Part shown: positions 19,675 through 27,990 of the stretch, piece by piece | Layout: each line of letters starts with the position of its first letter | Position numbering within the stretch: the stretch's first letter is position 1 | Source of the DNA: a virus | Lineage: Duplodnaviria; Caudoviricetes | IMG/VR virus record: IMGVR_UViG_3300030330_000125 | Location: 1 to 37,445 of that record | Reading direction: 5' to 3' (one strand) | Length of the DNA: 37,445 bases | Translations under genes and position numbers: made by a program | The notes under the pieces: generated by a model | Databases searched by the model: none | Told to the model about the DNA's origin: nothing | What the model saw: only the letters and a program-made list of their open reading frames with translations

Positions 19675-19882
19675 CTTTATCCTCCTTTAGTAAGTTAATT
19701 ATTCTGATTGCTACGCTTCGTTGTCCTTCACGAAACGCTGTTTCATGTGCATCACCTTTTGTATAAGATGATCTATGATAGTAAGCTGACGTTAAATCAG
19801 CTAACACTCTTTTACCTTCTGGTGTATCAAAAGTAATTCTGTAATCTGTTTTTATTTTTTTAAGATCTTTGTCCATATTCAT
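19667..19882 (-). CDS. Bbp19-like small protein
   Basis: YRITFDTPEGKRVLADL...TAFREGQRSV. Confidence 0.75.
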   Translation of the reverse strand: MNMDKDLKKIKTDYRITFDTPEGKRVLADLTSAYYHRSSYTKGDAHETAFREGQRSVAIRIINLLKEDKDV

Positions 19883-21542
19883 CAGCTATATTTTCCATAC
19901 CCATTTCATTTACTGTATCTTCTAATCCACTAGATACATTTGGATCTGCAAGTATTTTTGCCGCTTGTGCTTGATCTTTTTGTGCTTTACCTATTTCTTG
20001 TTGTTGTTGTGCCATTTGAGCCATTTGTGCTTGTTCTGCTCTCATTGTTCTCATATTGTCAACATCATCTTTACCACGTAATACTGTTTTAGGTACTCCT
20101 AATAATTTACCACGTAATCTTACAGCTTCGTCATGATTTATATTATCCATAATAGCAGGATCTATTTGTGCAATGTTCATAGCTAAACTATACAATCTTT
20201 CTATTGCTACACTTTCTTCCATTCTTTGTGAACGTGCTAAAGGCCCTAAATATTCTACATCTATTTTTGTACCTTGTATTATTTCTGGTTCTTGCATTAA
20301 TGCACCTGCACGATACATAATACCAAATGTACGTTCTATTAATGGATTAAGAAACTCACTTTGAAATCTACCTAATGTTGGGCCAAGAAGTCTTTGCATC
20401 AATTCGTATCTAACTTGTACTTCTGTTGCCGTCATTTGTGGGCCTTCTTGTAATTGTAATTGATCTGAATAATATGCTTGTCGTATTGCAGTACGTAATT
20501 GGTTTTCTTTTAAATCTGTAATCTGCCAATTTGTTCCTATCTGTAAAGGTTTTACAGCACCATCATTTCTAATAACTGTAATACCAGCAGGTGTCATTCT
20601 AACTCTACCTATAACACCATCATCTTGTACAAGTAACGGCGGATCAATAGCTTTTGCCCATGCTTTTAGTCCTATTTCTACAGCTTTGTTTAATGTTTTT
20701 ATATCTGGTAACGCATTAAAACTTGGTGATCTACCAAATATTTCGCCTGTTGCTTTTGACCAACGTGGTACTAAATATGGAAATTCATTATAACCACCTG
20801 TTCTTACTGTCATTTTATCTTCTTCGCATACATGACATGAATGAAATTTTAATTTAGTTGTAGATTTACCTGTTGCTCTTTCGTAATCTGCTGTTGGTTC
20901 TACTGCGTGTATAAAATTAAATTTATGATCTGGTTTTTCTTTTGATGCTGTTTGTACTTTTTCGCCAACATTATCAAAACCAAATTCTTGTACAGCTTGT
21001 CTAGCTGTTAATTTATATTTTCTATAAAGTGTATCTACTTTTCCATTTATACTTTCTTGAATATAATATTCTGCAATATGTAAACAATTAAAATGTATAC
21101 CGTCTGTATCAAAACCTTTATTACCTTCTTCTACAAATAATGCGGCTGTACCTATTGAACATAAATCAAGATACATTTCATGTACTTCTGTATTAAAATT
21201 AGTTTCATTAAATGTGTCATACATTCTACGTGCTGTATCTTCTAACCATAACTGTACATCACGATTTTCGTTTAATTCTTCATCTCTTAATTTTATACTA
21301 AACCAAGGTAATGACGGCGAAGTAAGTGTACCTTGTAGACTTGCCGCTAATAAATTATTTGCTGTTATTGCTGTACTATCAAATAAAACTTCTGTTCTTT
21401 TTTCACCACGTGTTCTTAATGTAACTACGTCTGCTTTTCTTGGCATTACATAATCTAATATTTCTTGCCAGTTGACTTCCCATGTGCCTCTTTCTTGGCC
21501 AAGTCTATCTATTCTTTTTTTTATATAATCGTAATTAGCCAT
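19860..21542 (-). CDS. Portal (head-tail connector)
   Basis: 560 aa; FDSTA, PYLVPRW..GEIFGRSP, MTATEV motifs. Confidence 0.95.
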   Translation of the reverse strand: MANYDYIKKRIDRLGQERGTWEVNWQEILDYVMPRKADVVTLRTRGEKRTEVLFDSTAITANNLLAASLQGTLTSPSLPWFSIKLRDEELNENRDVQLWLEDTARRMYDTFNETNFNTEVHEMYLDLCSIGTAALFVEEGNKGFDTDGIHFNCLHIAEYYIQESINGKVDTLYRKYKLTARQAVQEFGFDNVGEKVQTASKEKPDHKFNFIHAVEPTADYERATGKSTTKLKFHSCHVCEEDKMTVRTGGYNEFPYLVPRWSKATGEIFGRSPSFNALPDIKTLNKAVEIGLKAWAKAIDPPLLVQDDGVIGRVRMTPAGITVIRNDGAVKPLQIGTNWQITDLKENQLRTAIRQAYYSDQLQLQEGPQMTATEVQVRYELMQRLLGPTLGRFQSEFLNPLIERTFGIMYRAGALMQEPEIIQGTKIDVEYLGPLARSQRMEESVAIERLYSLAMNIAQIDPAIMDNINHDEAVRLRGKLLGVPKTVLRGKDDVDNMRTMRAEQAQMAQMAQQQQEIGKAQKDQAQAAKILADPNVSSGLEDTVNEMGMENIADEYGQRS

Positions 21543-21766
21543 TATTTTTTATTTTTTTTTACACCGCCGCCTAAAAGTGTTTGACCAATTTCTGCTTCAT
21601 CTTCAACACCTTCACCACTTGTAAGAATTGTACCGTACATACCTTTCTTTTTTGTACCAAGCATTTTTTCTTTTTCTTTTGCCGCTTCTGCTTCTGCTTT
21701 ATCTGTTCTATCGTATACTGATTGTTCTACTGGTGGTGGCATTTGTGGTTGTGATTTTCCGCCCAT
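21542..21766 (-). CDS. Small pre-portal virion protein
   Basis: MGG start, GTILTSGEGV...TLLGG. Confidence 0.7.
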   Translation of the reverse strand: MGGKSQPQMPPPVEQSVYDRTDKAEAEAAKEKEKMLGTKKKGMYGTILTSGEGVEDEAEIGQTLLGGGVKKNKK

Positions 21767-21767
21767 A

Positions 21768-21926
21768 TTACGTACCTACAGTTTTCATTGCTTTTTTATG
21801 TGCTTGTGTAAATGTTTTACCTGCACTCATATCTTTTTTCATACTAGCCATGTGTTTTGCTGAATGATGTTTACTATGTTTTTGTAAAGTTTTTTTTTGT
21901 CTATCTGTTAAAAAATATTTACCCAT
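21768..21926 (-). CDS. His/Lys-rich small protein, 52 aa (not in ORF track)
   Basis: MGKYFLTDRQKKTLQKHSKHHSAKHMASMKKDMSAGKTFTQAHKKAMKTVGT; exactly fills the gap. Confidence 0.8.
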   Translation of the reverse strand: MGKYFLTDRQKKTLQKHSKHHSAKHMASMKKDMSAGKTFTQAHKKAMKTVGT

Positions 21927-21927
21927 A

Positions 21928-22362
21928 TTATTTCCTTATCCATTTGCATTCGTCTTTTAGCATTCCATAAACTGCCGCATCAACAAATTCATTTTTAATT
22001 TTCATAACTTTTCTTACTATACCTTCTTTTGTCCATCCTGTACCAGATAAAATGCGTTCATTACGTTCATAGCCGTTTCTACATACTGCCGTCATACGGC
22101 CACATTTTAACTGGTTAAAACCATAGTCAAAAACATATTTTATATGTTTTCTAGTAAATAATCTAGGTGTTTCTAATGCTAAATGAACATATACATTATG
22201 GCCATCATAGTCTGTAAAAAGAAAACCACCTAAAATTTTTTCATTTTCTATAAATCCAATATAAGAAAATTTATTACCAATATCAGCAGATATATAACAT
22301 TTTTCTTTTAGGTAATCACCTATAGGTAAACGCCATTTGTCGTTTGTAACGACTTCTACCAT
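21928..22362 (-). CDS. GNAT-family (RimJ/RimL-like) acetyltransferase
   Basis: FDYGFNQLKCGR...GWTKEGIVRK...DAAVYGMLKDEC. Confidence 0.8.
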   Translation of the reverse strand: MVEVVTNDKWRLPIGDYLKEKCYISADIGNKFSYIGFIENEKILGGFLFTDYDGHNVYVHLALETPRLFTRKHIKYVFDYGFNQLKCGRMTAVCRNGYERNERILSGTGWTKEGIVRKVMKIKNEFVDAAVYGMLKDECKWIRK

Positions 22363-22364
22363 TA

Positions 22365-22634
22365 CTATGCTTTCTTTTTCTTTTTGGTAGTACCGCCACC
22401 TAAAACAGTTTTTTGCACGTTTGCTTCATCCTCTATACCACTTGCGCCTGTCATAATTGTTTGACCACCATACGAACCAGCTTGACTAGCCGCCATAGCA
22501 CTTGCAGTTTTTGGTTGCGTTGCTGGTGCTGTTTGCGGTGCAGTTGGTGCGGCAGGTTGAGGTGCAGGTTGTTGAATAACAACTGGTTTTGGTCTGCTAA
22601 AAACTCGTCTTATTGCTCTTACAAATCCGCCCAT
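22365..22634 (-). CDS. Small Pro/Ala-rich virion protein
   Basis: MGG start, QTIMTGASGI...TVLGG; resembles 21542-21766. Confidence 0.7.
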   Translation of the reverse strand: MGGFVRAIRRVFSRPKPVVIQQPAPQPAAPTAPQTAPATQPKTASAMAASQAGSYGGQTIMTGASGIEDEANVQKTVLGGGTTKKKKKA

Positions 22635-22645
22635 ATTTACCTTTC

Positions 22646-24064
22646 CTATTTAAAAATGTTAAACTCACTATCAGAACGTATCTGTAAAGGTTCAGTATTT
22701 TTTATTCTAGCTTTTCTTAATGACATTACACAATATCTCATAGCAGATATTACGTCATCATTAGCTGGAACAATCTTACCATCTTTCCTATGATACATAC
22801 GTAGTTCTTCCAACAGTTTACCTTGATTTTTAAATATTTTCAATCTCTTTGTCTGCATACGGGTTAGTATTTCCATAACACCAGCTTCTACGCTGTTACC
22901 ACCTGTGCCTTCTTTTTGTCCTTGACTTGGTGGATTACTAAAATGTTCTCTAGTCATATTAACACCTTCTTGTCTGTATTGTTCTGTAAGATTTTTACCA
23001 GAACCTTTATCTGCTTGTCTACCATCCATAGGCCATATTACAGGTATCCATTTACCTCTAGATTTTATTGCTGATGCGTGTACTGGTACAGTTTCTTGAC
23101 GTAACGAATAACTATCATAAATATAAACAATATCACTATCTCTATCCCATGCTGTCCATACTGATGCTGTTGGGTGATCCCAACCAAAATCTAAACCACA
23201 TATTCTAGGCCAATGTATTGGTATATCTATAGGATCACAAACTATATCTTCTTCGTTTATAGGAAACACTAAACCAGATCCTAATTGTGGTATACCTTTC
23301 TCACGCATTTTTCTTTCATGTGGTGGTAACGCTTGTAGTATTTGATCTCTAACTTCTTTTGTCATATGGGGTGCATCATCCCACGTTGCTGTAAACAATG
23401 CTTGTCCATCTTTTAATTTATTTACAAATTGTGCTACTGTTTCTGTCATACCGCTTTCTGGTGTAAACGTCATATATACAATACCACCCTTGTCTGCTGT
23501 TCTAGTCAATGCTTGTGAGTAAATACTTGGTGGTGGTTCTTCGTCTAGCCATATAACATCTATACTTTCACCCATCCATTTTTCTTTACCCATCTCATAT
23601 GCCTTAAATCCTATTCTAGAATTACCACCAGAAACGTGTCTTACTACAACACTATTCAATGCATTAGGTACACCCGCTTTTCTTACAGTATCTTGTATTA
23701 AATTTAATGGTATTGTACCTGTACCTTTTGCTGACGGATCGTCTGGTTGGCCGACAAGTTCTTTTTGACAGACATCCCTAGTCGTTTCGTTAGAAACTCC
23801 CCCAGCCCAAGCACGTATTGGTCTAGTAAATCTTCTGCCTTCCCACCACGTTGGGTATTTTCCCGACACATGGTACGCCATTTCCATAGCCCCACAAAAT
23901 GACTTGCCGACACGGTTTCCAGCCATCAACAATCGTTGTGATGATTTATTATTATGAAACTTTTTTTGGTATACATAAGGTTCATAATCAACCATCCTAT
24001 TAGTTGCCTTACGGCGTTCTAATTCTTTAGCTATCTCTACTGCTCTTTGCAAGACTTCGTTCAT
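22646..24064 (-). CDS. terL: Terminase large subunit
   Basis: Walker A AGNRVGKS, Walker B IWLDEEP, TFTP, nuclease GLDFG and DDVISAMRY. Confidence 0.96.
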   Translation of the reverse strand: MNEVLQRAVEIAKELERRKATNRMVDYEPYVYQKKFHNNKSSQRLLMAGNRVGKSFCGAMEMAYHVSGKYPTWWEGRRFTRPIRAWAGGVSNETTRDVCQKELVGQPDDPSAKGTGTIPLNLIQDTVRKAGVPNALNSVVVRHVSGGNSRIGFKAYEMGKEKWMGESIDVIWLDEEPPPSIYSQALTRTADKGGIVYMTFTPESGMTETVAQFVNKLKDGQALFTATWDDAPHMTKEVRDQILQALPPHERKMREKGIPQLGSGLVFPINEEDIVCDPIDIPIHWPRICGLDFGWDHPTASVWTAWDRDSDIVYIYDSYSLRQETVPVHASAIKSRGKWIPVIWPMDGRQADKGSGKNLTEQYRQEGVNMTREHFSNPPSQGQKEGTGGNSVEAGVMEILTRMQTKRLKIFKNQGKLLEELRMYHRKDGKIVPANDDVISAMRYCVMSLRKARIKNTEPLQIRSDSEFNIFK

Positions 24065-24353
24065 TTATAATTTTATCCAAATCATTACTATGTATTACAA
24101 GCCAACTGCCTTTTCTATTGCTTTGACAAAGTGCGACCACAGCCGTCTTACCTTCTTTTTTAGCCAATTCATTTGTGTCCTCCCATAATTTAACTACACT
24201 ATGTACCTTTCTTAACTTACATTCAATAAATAATTTAGGATGTATTACATCTGCCCTAGTTATTTTACTATTACCACCAGATAATGCATTACGTTCACCA
24301 TTGAAATATTTTGCAACATTTCGTTCTCTTTTTTTCCATGCCTTATCACCCAT
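24027..24353 (-). CDS. PD-(D/E)XK Holliday-junction-resolvase-like nuclease (start likely 24353)
   Basis: WKKRERNVA...ADV...FIECK. Confidence 0.7.
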   Translation of the reverse strand: MGDKAWKKRERNVAKYFNGERNALSGGNSKITRADVIHPKLFIECKLRKVHSVVKLWEDTNELAKKEGKTAVVALCQSNRKGSWLVIHSNDLDKIINERSLAKSSRDS

Positions 24354-24392
24354 AATATATAAATAGCACGTATCTACCAAATGTTCTACCTG

Positions 24393-24406
24393 TTAACATA
24401 AGTTAA
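24393..24406. promoter_or_regulatory. Operator-like palindrome
   Basis: TTAAC-ATAA-GTTAA, perfect. Confidence 0.65.
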
Positions 24407-24419
24407 TATGTAAAATTAC

Positions 24420-24785
24420 CCACCGCTACACGGATTAATCCATTGTAGAGTAGACGCACGGGCGTTTTGGGGGGTAGCCCCCTTCCACACGCATCCTTCT
24501 TACACAATCGCACCTGTCTTTCTGTATGTATGCTGTCGCCTGTGTGTATTTTGTAGGAGGTAAAGAGTGTGTAGAGCTTGTTTAGGTAAAGAACAAGACA
24601 GCAACAACCACGCCACGGCCTTGCCTGTGAGCCGTGTGTGTGTGCGTCTATAAGCATTCCTACGCACCTATCAGCCACGTGTCAAGGCCTATACGCACCC
24701 CTGTGATGCATATACATTCTTCCTATGTGTATGGTAGCCATGATGTTTATATGTGTCTATACGAGTAGCTAAAGCAGAATAAGGG
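24420..24785. other. GC-rich non-coding block, candidate packaging-site region or ncRNA
   Basis: Directly downstream of terS; nested inverted repeats, RY-alternating tracts, GGGGGTAGCCCCC. Confidence 0.5.
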
Positions 24786-25229
24786 CTAGTTTATAGAACC
24801 ACCACCCCCGCCAGTACCACCGCCACCTGTACCTGTACCACCAATGACGTGGATAGTTGATAAGAGATGATTTAACTCTTGGCGCAGTTCTTCGTCTGTT
24901 TTCTTGCCTGTTACATCCTCAACCTTATGCGTTGTCTGATATCCAGTACGATCAAGCAATGAGTTGATTGCGCCTAGTTTTACACTTGGGCTAATCTTAT
25001 CGCCCTCGATAAGTTGTTTGAGTTTGTCTACGGCCATTGGAACGGCTGACCCTAGTAGCTTACGTGTTTCAGTATCAATCTCGTTAGATAGCTTGTTTTT
25101 AAGTTCGTAGCCCTGTTGTTCAGCAGTCTTTTCTGAATACCCCGCTTTGATTGCGCTTTGAGTTGCGTTGCCTGTTTGGCTAAAGTACTCAATAAAGCGT
25201 TTTTGTTGATCTGTAAGCATTCTAGTCAT
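24786..25229 (-). CDS. terS: Terminase small subunit
   Basis: LTDQQKRF...GNATQSAIKAGYS HTH; LLDRTGY; Gly-rich tail. Confidence 0.9.
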   Translation of the reverse strand: MTRMLTDQQKRFIEYFSQTGNATQSAIKAGYSEKTAEQQGYELKNKLSNEIDTETRKLLGSAVPMAVDKLKQLIEGDKISPSVKLGAINSLLDRTGYQTTHKVEDVTGKKTDEELRQELNHLLSTIHVIGGTGTGGGGTGGGGGSIN

Positions 25230-25238
25230 ATTACAACC

Positions 25239-25293
25239 ATTCTAACCTAAAGTAGTTGACAAGTAAATGTATTTATGTATTAACTAAGGTTAA
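25239..25293. promoter_or_regulatory. Overlapping divergent sigma70-type promoters with operator
   Basis: Minus: TTTACT(25267-62)-N17-TAGAAT(25244-39). Plus: TTGACA 25256-61. TTAAC-TAAG-GTTAA at 25280-93. Confidence 0.7.
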
Positions 25294-25313
25294 CTCTATG
25301 AAAGGGGGTTATT

Positions 25314-25487
25314 ATGGATAATTTGATTATGAAAGAAATTAAAACCATAATGAAACTAGAAGCAATTTTAGATTGTCTTTGTAAGATGACAGGTAGAGAT
25401 ATAACTATTTTCTATCCTACAAAGCAATCTGAAATCGTGCCTTATCTTAAAAATGAAATCCAAAAAACATTGGGGTTGGTCAAATGA
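25314..25487 (+). CDS. Hypothetical early protein, 57 aa (not in track)
   Basis: MDNLIMKEIK...LGLVK; SD AAAGGGGG. Confidence 0.7.
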   Translation: MDNLIMKEIKTIMKLEAILDCLCKMTGRDITIFYPTKQSEIVPYLKNEIQKTLGLVK

Positions 25488-25654
25488 TTAAGATGAGGAT
25501 TAAGGGTAAATTGTACACAGGCCAATCTGTGTACGATTGCCTATGTCAAGCAGTACGTCAACCTATTAACATTCATGCTAAAATGGTAGACGTGCATAAA
25601 CTAATCTCAAAACAACCTAAACTTATAAAGGAGGACAAAGATGGGATACACTAA
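25484..25654 (+). CDS. Hypothetical early protein, 56 aa (not in track)
   Basis: MIKMRIKGKLYTG...; ATGA overlap with upstream stop. Confidence 0.65.
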   Translation: MIKMRIKGKLYTGQSVYDCLCQAVRQPINIHAKMVDVHKLISKQPKLIKEDKDGIH

Positions 25655-26021
25655 CTATTGGTATCAAAAAAGCGACTTTACTGACGAGCAATGGAGTAAA
25701 GTTAAAATGGAGGCCGACTATGTTCGTAGTTGGTCTGAACTTCCACAAATTAAGAAAGTTTGTGAAGTTGAAATCAAAAAAGATGAAATCATCATTTGGG
25801 GGCCGTGCGAAAGTATGCATATTAATCGCTATGCTAAAACTAAACCCGATTACGAGGGGCAGGATATTACATTTAATTTTTGTAAAACCCGTGAGGAGGT
25901 CTATGATCTTGCCGTATGGCATATGCTTGTTGCTTGTGCTTTTGTAAAAAAAGATTTTACCATATCACGTGATAATCATAATTTTACAGAAGAACCATTG
26001 AAAGAAGCCGTCAATGGGTAG
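25641..26021 (+). CDS. Conserved hypothetical phage protein
   Basis: MGYTNYW...FNFCKTREEVYDLAV; SD AAGGAGG. Confidence 0.85.
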   Translation: MGYTNYWYQKSDFTDEQWSKVKMEADYVRSWSELPQIKKVCEVEIKKDEIIIWGPCESMHINRYAKTKPDYEGQDITFNFCKTREEVYDLAVWHMLVACAFVKKDFTISRDNHNFTEEPLKEAVNG

Positions 26022-26169
26022 CGGTAGAATAGCTTTGATCTGTGGGGGTATAACCCTCACAGGTCTAGGATGGTTTATGTCATATAACGCCGACCATACG
26101 CTTGGACTTATCCTTGCAGGTGGTGGCGTTATTTTATTAATAAGTGCTTTACCTAGAACGGAGGAATAA
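26014..26169 (+). CDS. Small two-TM membrane protein, 51 aa (not in track)
   Basis: MGSGRIALICGGITLTGLGWFMSY...LGLILAGGGVILLISAL. Confidence 0.7.
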   Translation: MGSGRIALICGGITLTGLGWFMSYNADHTLGLILAGGGVILLISALPRTEE

Positions 26170-26345
26170 TGCCTAAATTTACAATACAGATGGATTTTGA
26201 GGGTATGGAAGATGACCTTTCAGAATTTGACGGCATGACTATTGAGGCAGATAACGAGGATGATGCTGATATAAAAGTTATGGACATGATAGAAAAAAAA
26301 CAAATAAATCTTCCATTTTTTGCAATAACGGAAAGTGAGGATTAA
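26169..26345 (+). CDS. Highly acidic small protein, 58 aa (not in track)
   Basis: MPKFTIQMDFEGMEDDLSEFD...; SD GGAGG, TAATG coupling. Confidence 0.8.
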   Translation: MPKFTIQMDFEGMEDDLSEFDGMTIEADNEDDADIKVMDMIEKKQINLPFFAITESED

Positions 26346-26346
26346 T

Positions 26347-26511
26347 ATGTTTAGAATAGATATGATATATGTTTGTAATAGACTAAAAGACATATCAACA
26401 ATCAAAAAACAATCTAAAAAAGACAAGGCGTTGAGAGAGTTTATAGATGAGTTAATTTATAATCTTGGTGTTGATGTTTTAATAGATGCAGAAAAAAAAG
26501 GTAGGGTCTAA
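26347..26511 (+). CDS. Hypothetical protein, 54 aa (not in track)
   Basis: MFRIDMIYVCNRLKD...; SD GAGG. Confidence 0.7.
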   Translation: MFRIDMIYVCNRLKDISTIKKQSKKDKALREFIDELIYNLGVDVLIDAEKKGRV

Positions 26512-26513
26512 CA

Positions 26514-26807
26514 ATGACACACTTTGTAATAAAAAAACTGACTAATTGTGGTAACGTAGACTTTGGTCAAAACCCATATGAAGTCAAGTTTGGTACAAGT
26601 ACACTTGTTAATATCAAACATAAAAAATTATCTAAATTAAAAAAGTTAATTAATGTTTATATTAATGAGAATGATTTAGGCGGTGGTAATTTTATACCGC
26701 CTAAAGTTTATAAAGGTAAAAAGTATGTTGGTTATTTTTCTTACAATGCAAGATTTTGGCGAGAAAAATATCCATATCCACATTTAGAAAAGGAGTACAA
26801 TCTATGA
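26514..26807 (+). CDS. Hypothetical phage protein
   Basis: GNVDFGQ...NDLGGGNF...YFSYNARFW. Confidence 0.8.
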   Translation: MTHFVIKKLTNCGNVDFGQNPYEVKFGTSTLVNIKHKKLSKLKKLINVYINENDLGGGNFIPPKVYKGKKYVGYFSYNARFWREKYPYPHLEKEYNL

Positions 26808-27031
26808 CACAAAGGGATGATGGCCACGATTATAGAGATAGTAAGAATAAAGCAGAAGCGCATAAAAAAAAGAAGTTTGGTGTAGCTTTAGCAGGTTTAA
26901 ATAATCAAATAAATAGGTTAAATCAACTTAAACCAAGTGATACCTATACAAAACAACAACTATCTACTATAATAGATGACTTAACAGACGTACTTGTAGA
27001 TCTGAAAATGGAAACAGGAGTAGACGTATGA
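26804..27031 (+). CDS. Hypothetical protein, 75 aa (start likely 26804)
   Basis: MTQRDDGHDYRDSK; SD AAAGGAG, ATGA overlap. Confidence 0.8.
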   Translation: MTQRDDGHDYRDSKNKAEAHKKKKFGVALAGLNNQINRLNQLKPSDTYTKQQLSTIIDDLTDVLVDLKMETGVDV

Positions 27032-27165
27032 GAATAAGTTTATTTGGTAAAGACATCTATATTACAAAGCGTTGGCGAGAAGATTTTAAACAATGGAGTT
27101 TATTAAATAGAACTGAAATTGTTTGTTTTGTTGTAGGTTTTGTGATAGGTGCAATCGTTTTATAA
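27028..27165 (+). CDS. Small protein with C-terminal TM, 45 aa (not in track)
   Basis: MRISLFGK...IVCFVVGFVIGAIVL; SD AGGAG. Confidence 0.75.
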   Translation: MRISLFGKDIYITKRWREDFKQWSLLNRTEIVCFVVGFVIGAIVL

Positions 27166-27166
27166 T

Positions 27167-27207
27167 GTTAAGGGAGGAAGCGAACAAACTCGTATTCCTC
27201 CCTCAAC
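27167..27207. terminator. Hairpin at convergence of early and replication operons
   Basis: AGGGAGGAA (27171-79) / TTCCTCCCT (27195-203) with inner GCGA/TCGT; weak U tracts. Confidence 0.6.
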
Positions 27208-27293
27208 TTCTTGTGCTTTTTCAGCAGTTTCTTGTATTTAAGTTTCCATGATACACGCCTCCTTTTGTTAATTCTTTTACTTTCCTTGGCCAC
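27168..27293 (-). CDS. Possible basic peptide, 41 aa, GTG start (not in track)
   Basis: MAKESKRINKRRRVSWKLKYKKLLKKHKKLREEYEFVRFLP. Confidence 0.45.
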   Translation of the reverse strand: MAKESKRINKRRRVSWKLKYKKLLKKHKKLREEYEFVRFLP

Positions 27294-27414
27294 GATATTT
27301 TTTCCATGATCTTCGTTTGTGTTTGTTCATTTTTTGCTTACTTGGATTACGCCCAATAGACGTTTTGTGAAATATAGCTTCGTGTTGTACGTGGTCTTTA
27401 AATTTTCGTGCCAT
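27277..27414 (-). CDS. Small basic protein ending YRGQGK, 45 aa (not in track)
   Basis: MARKFKDHVQHEAIFHKTSIGRNPSKQKMNKHKRRSWKKYRGQGK; SD AAAGGA. Confidence 0.8.
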   Translation of the reverse strand: MARKFKDHVQHEAIFHKTSIGRNPSKQKMNKHKRRSWKKYRGQGK

Positions 27415-27685
27415 CTTCCTTTTTTAATAATTTACTTATAACGTCTAGTAAGAATGTTATATGTTTATTACTTATAGATCGGACAACTACAAACAACTCA
27501 CGTTCTCTATCTGTCATTTTATCTACAAGTCTATGATCTTTATACTCACTAAACCCGCTATTTTGCATTTCTTCATCATACTTGCTTATCCACTCCATAG
27601 GCACGTTTAACATTGTATCTAACTTTTCTTTTTCATAAGTATTTTTTGGAAATAATTTATCAAACTTTTTGTAATCTATTGACAT
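27398..27685 (-). CDS. Hypothetical protein (start likely 27685)
   Basis: MSIDYKKF after AGGGAGG SD. Confidence 0.75.
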   Translation of the reverse strand: MSIDYKKFDKLFPKNTYEKEKLDTMLNVPMEWISKYDEEMQNSGFSEYKDHRLVDKMTDRERELFVVVRSISNKHITFLLDVISKLLKKEDGTKI

Positions 27686-27990
27686 ACCCCTCCCTTGCAA
27701 CAACTGACTAACTCTTTGTTTTGTTCTAATAATTCTCTTTGCGTTCCCCATTTTTTTGTAAATGCTTTTGGACTATAATGATAGCTTTCCTTTCCCTGCC
27801 TGTGATGTGTAGGACATAACCCTATAACTTCGTAATTACTAGCTTTCTTACCCATACCTGTCTTATCTTTGATATGGTGTAGTTCACACGGAGTATTAGG
27901 ATAGCCCATTTTATAACATATGATACATCCAAAGTCTGCAATCTTTTGCATATGTTGTTTCATATGTTTAGTTTTACTTCCACTCGCCAT
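27676..27990 (-). CDS. Ref-like (recombination enhancement) HNH-type nuclease (start likely 27990)
   Basis: GCIIC...ELHHI...GMG...IGLCPTHH. Confidence 0.8.
   Translation of the reverse strand: MASGSKTKHMKQHMQKIADFGCIICYKMGYPNTPCELHHIKDKTGMGKKASNYEVIGLCPTHHRQGKESYHYSPKAFTKKWGTQRELLEQNKELVSCCKGGVCQ

Noticed and set aside
24403-24678. 91-aa minus-strand ORF
   Set aside because: Atypical Cys/Arg-rich composition in a GC-rich structured region; probably non-coding, not fully excluded.
25623-26426. ORFs 25623-25922, 25720-25947, 26220-26426
   Set aside because: Overlap better-supported, translationally coupled plus-strand genes.
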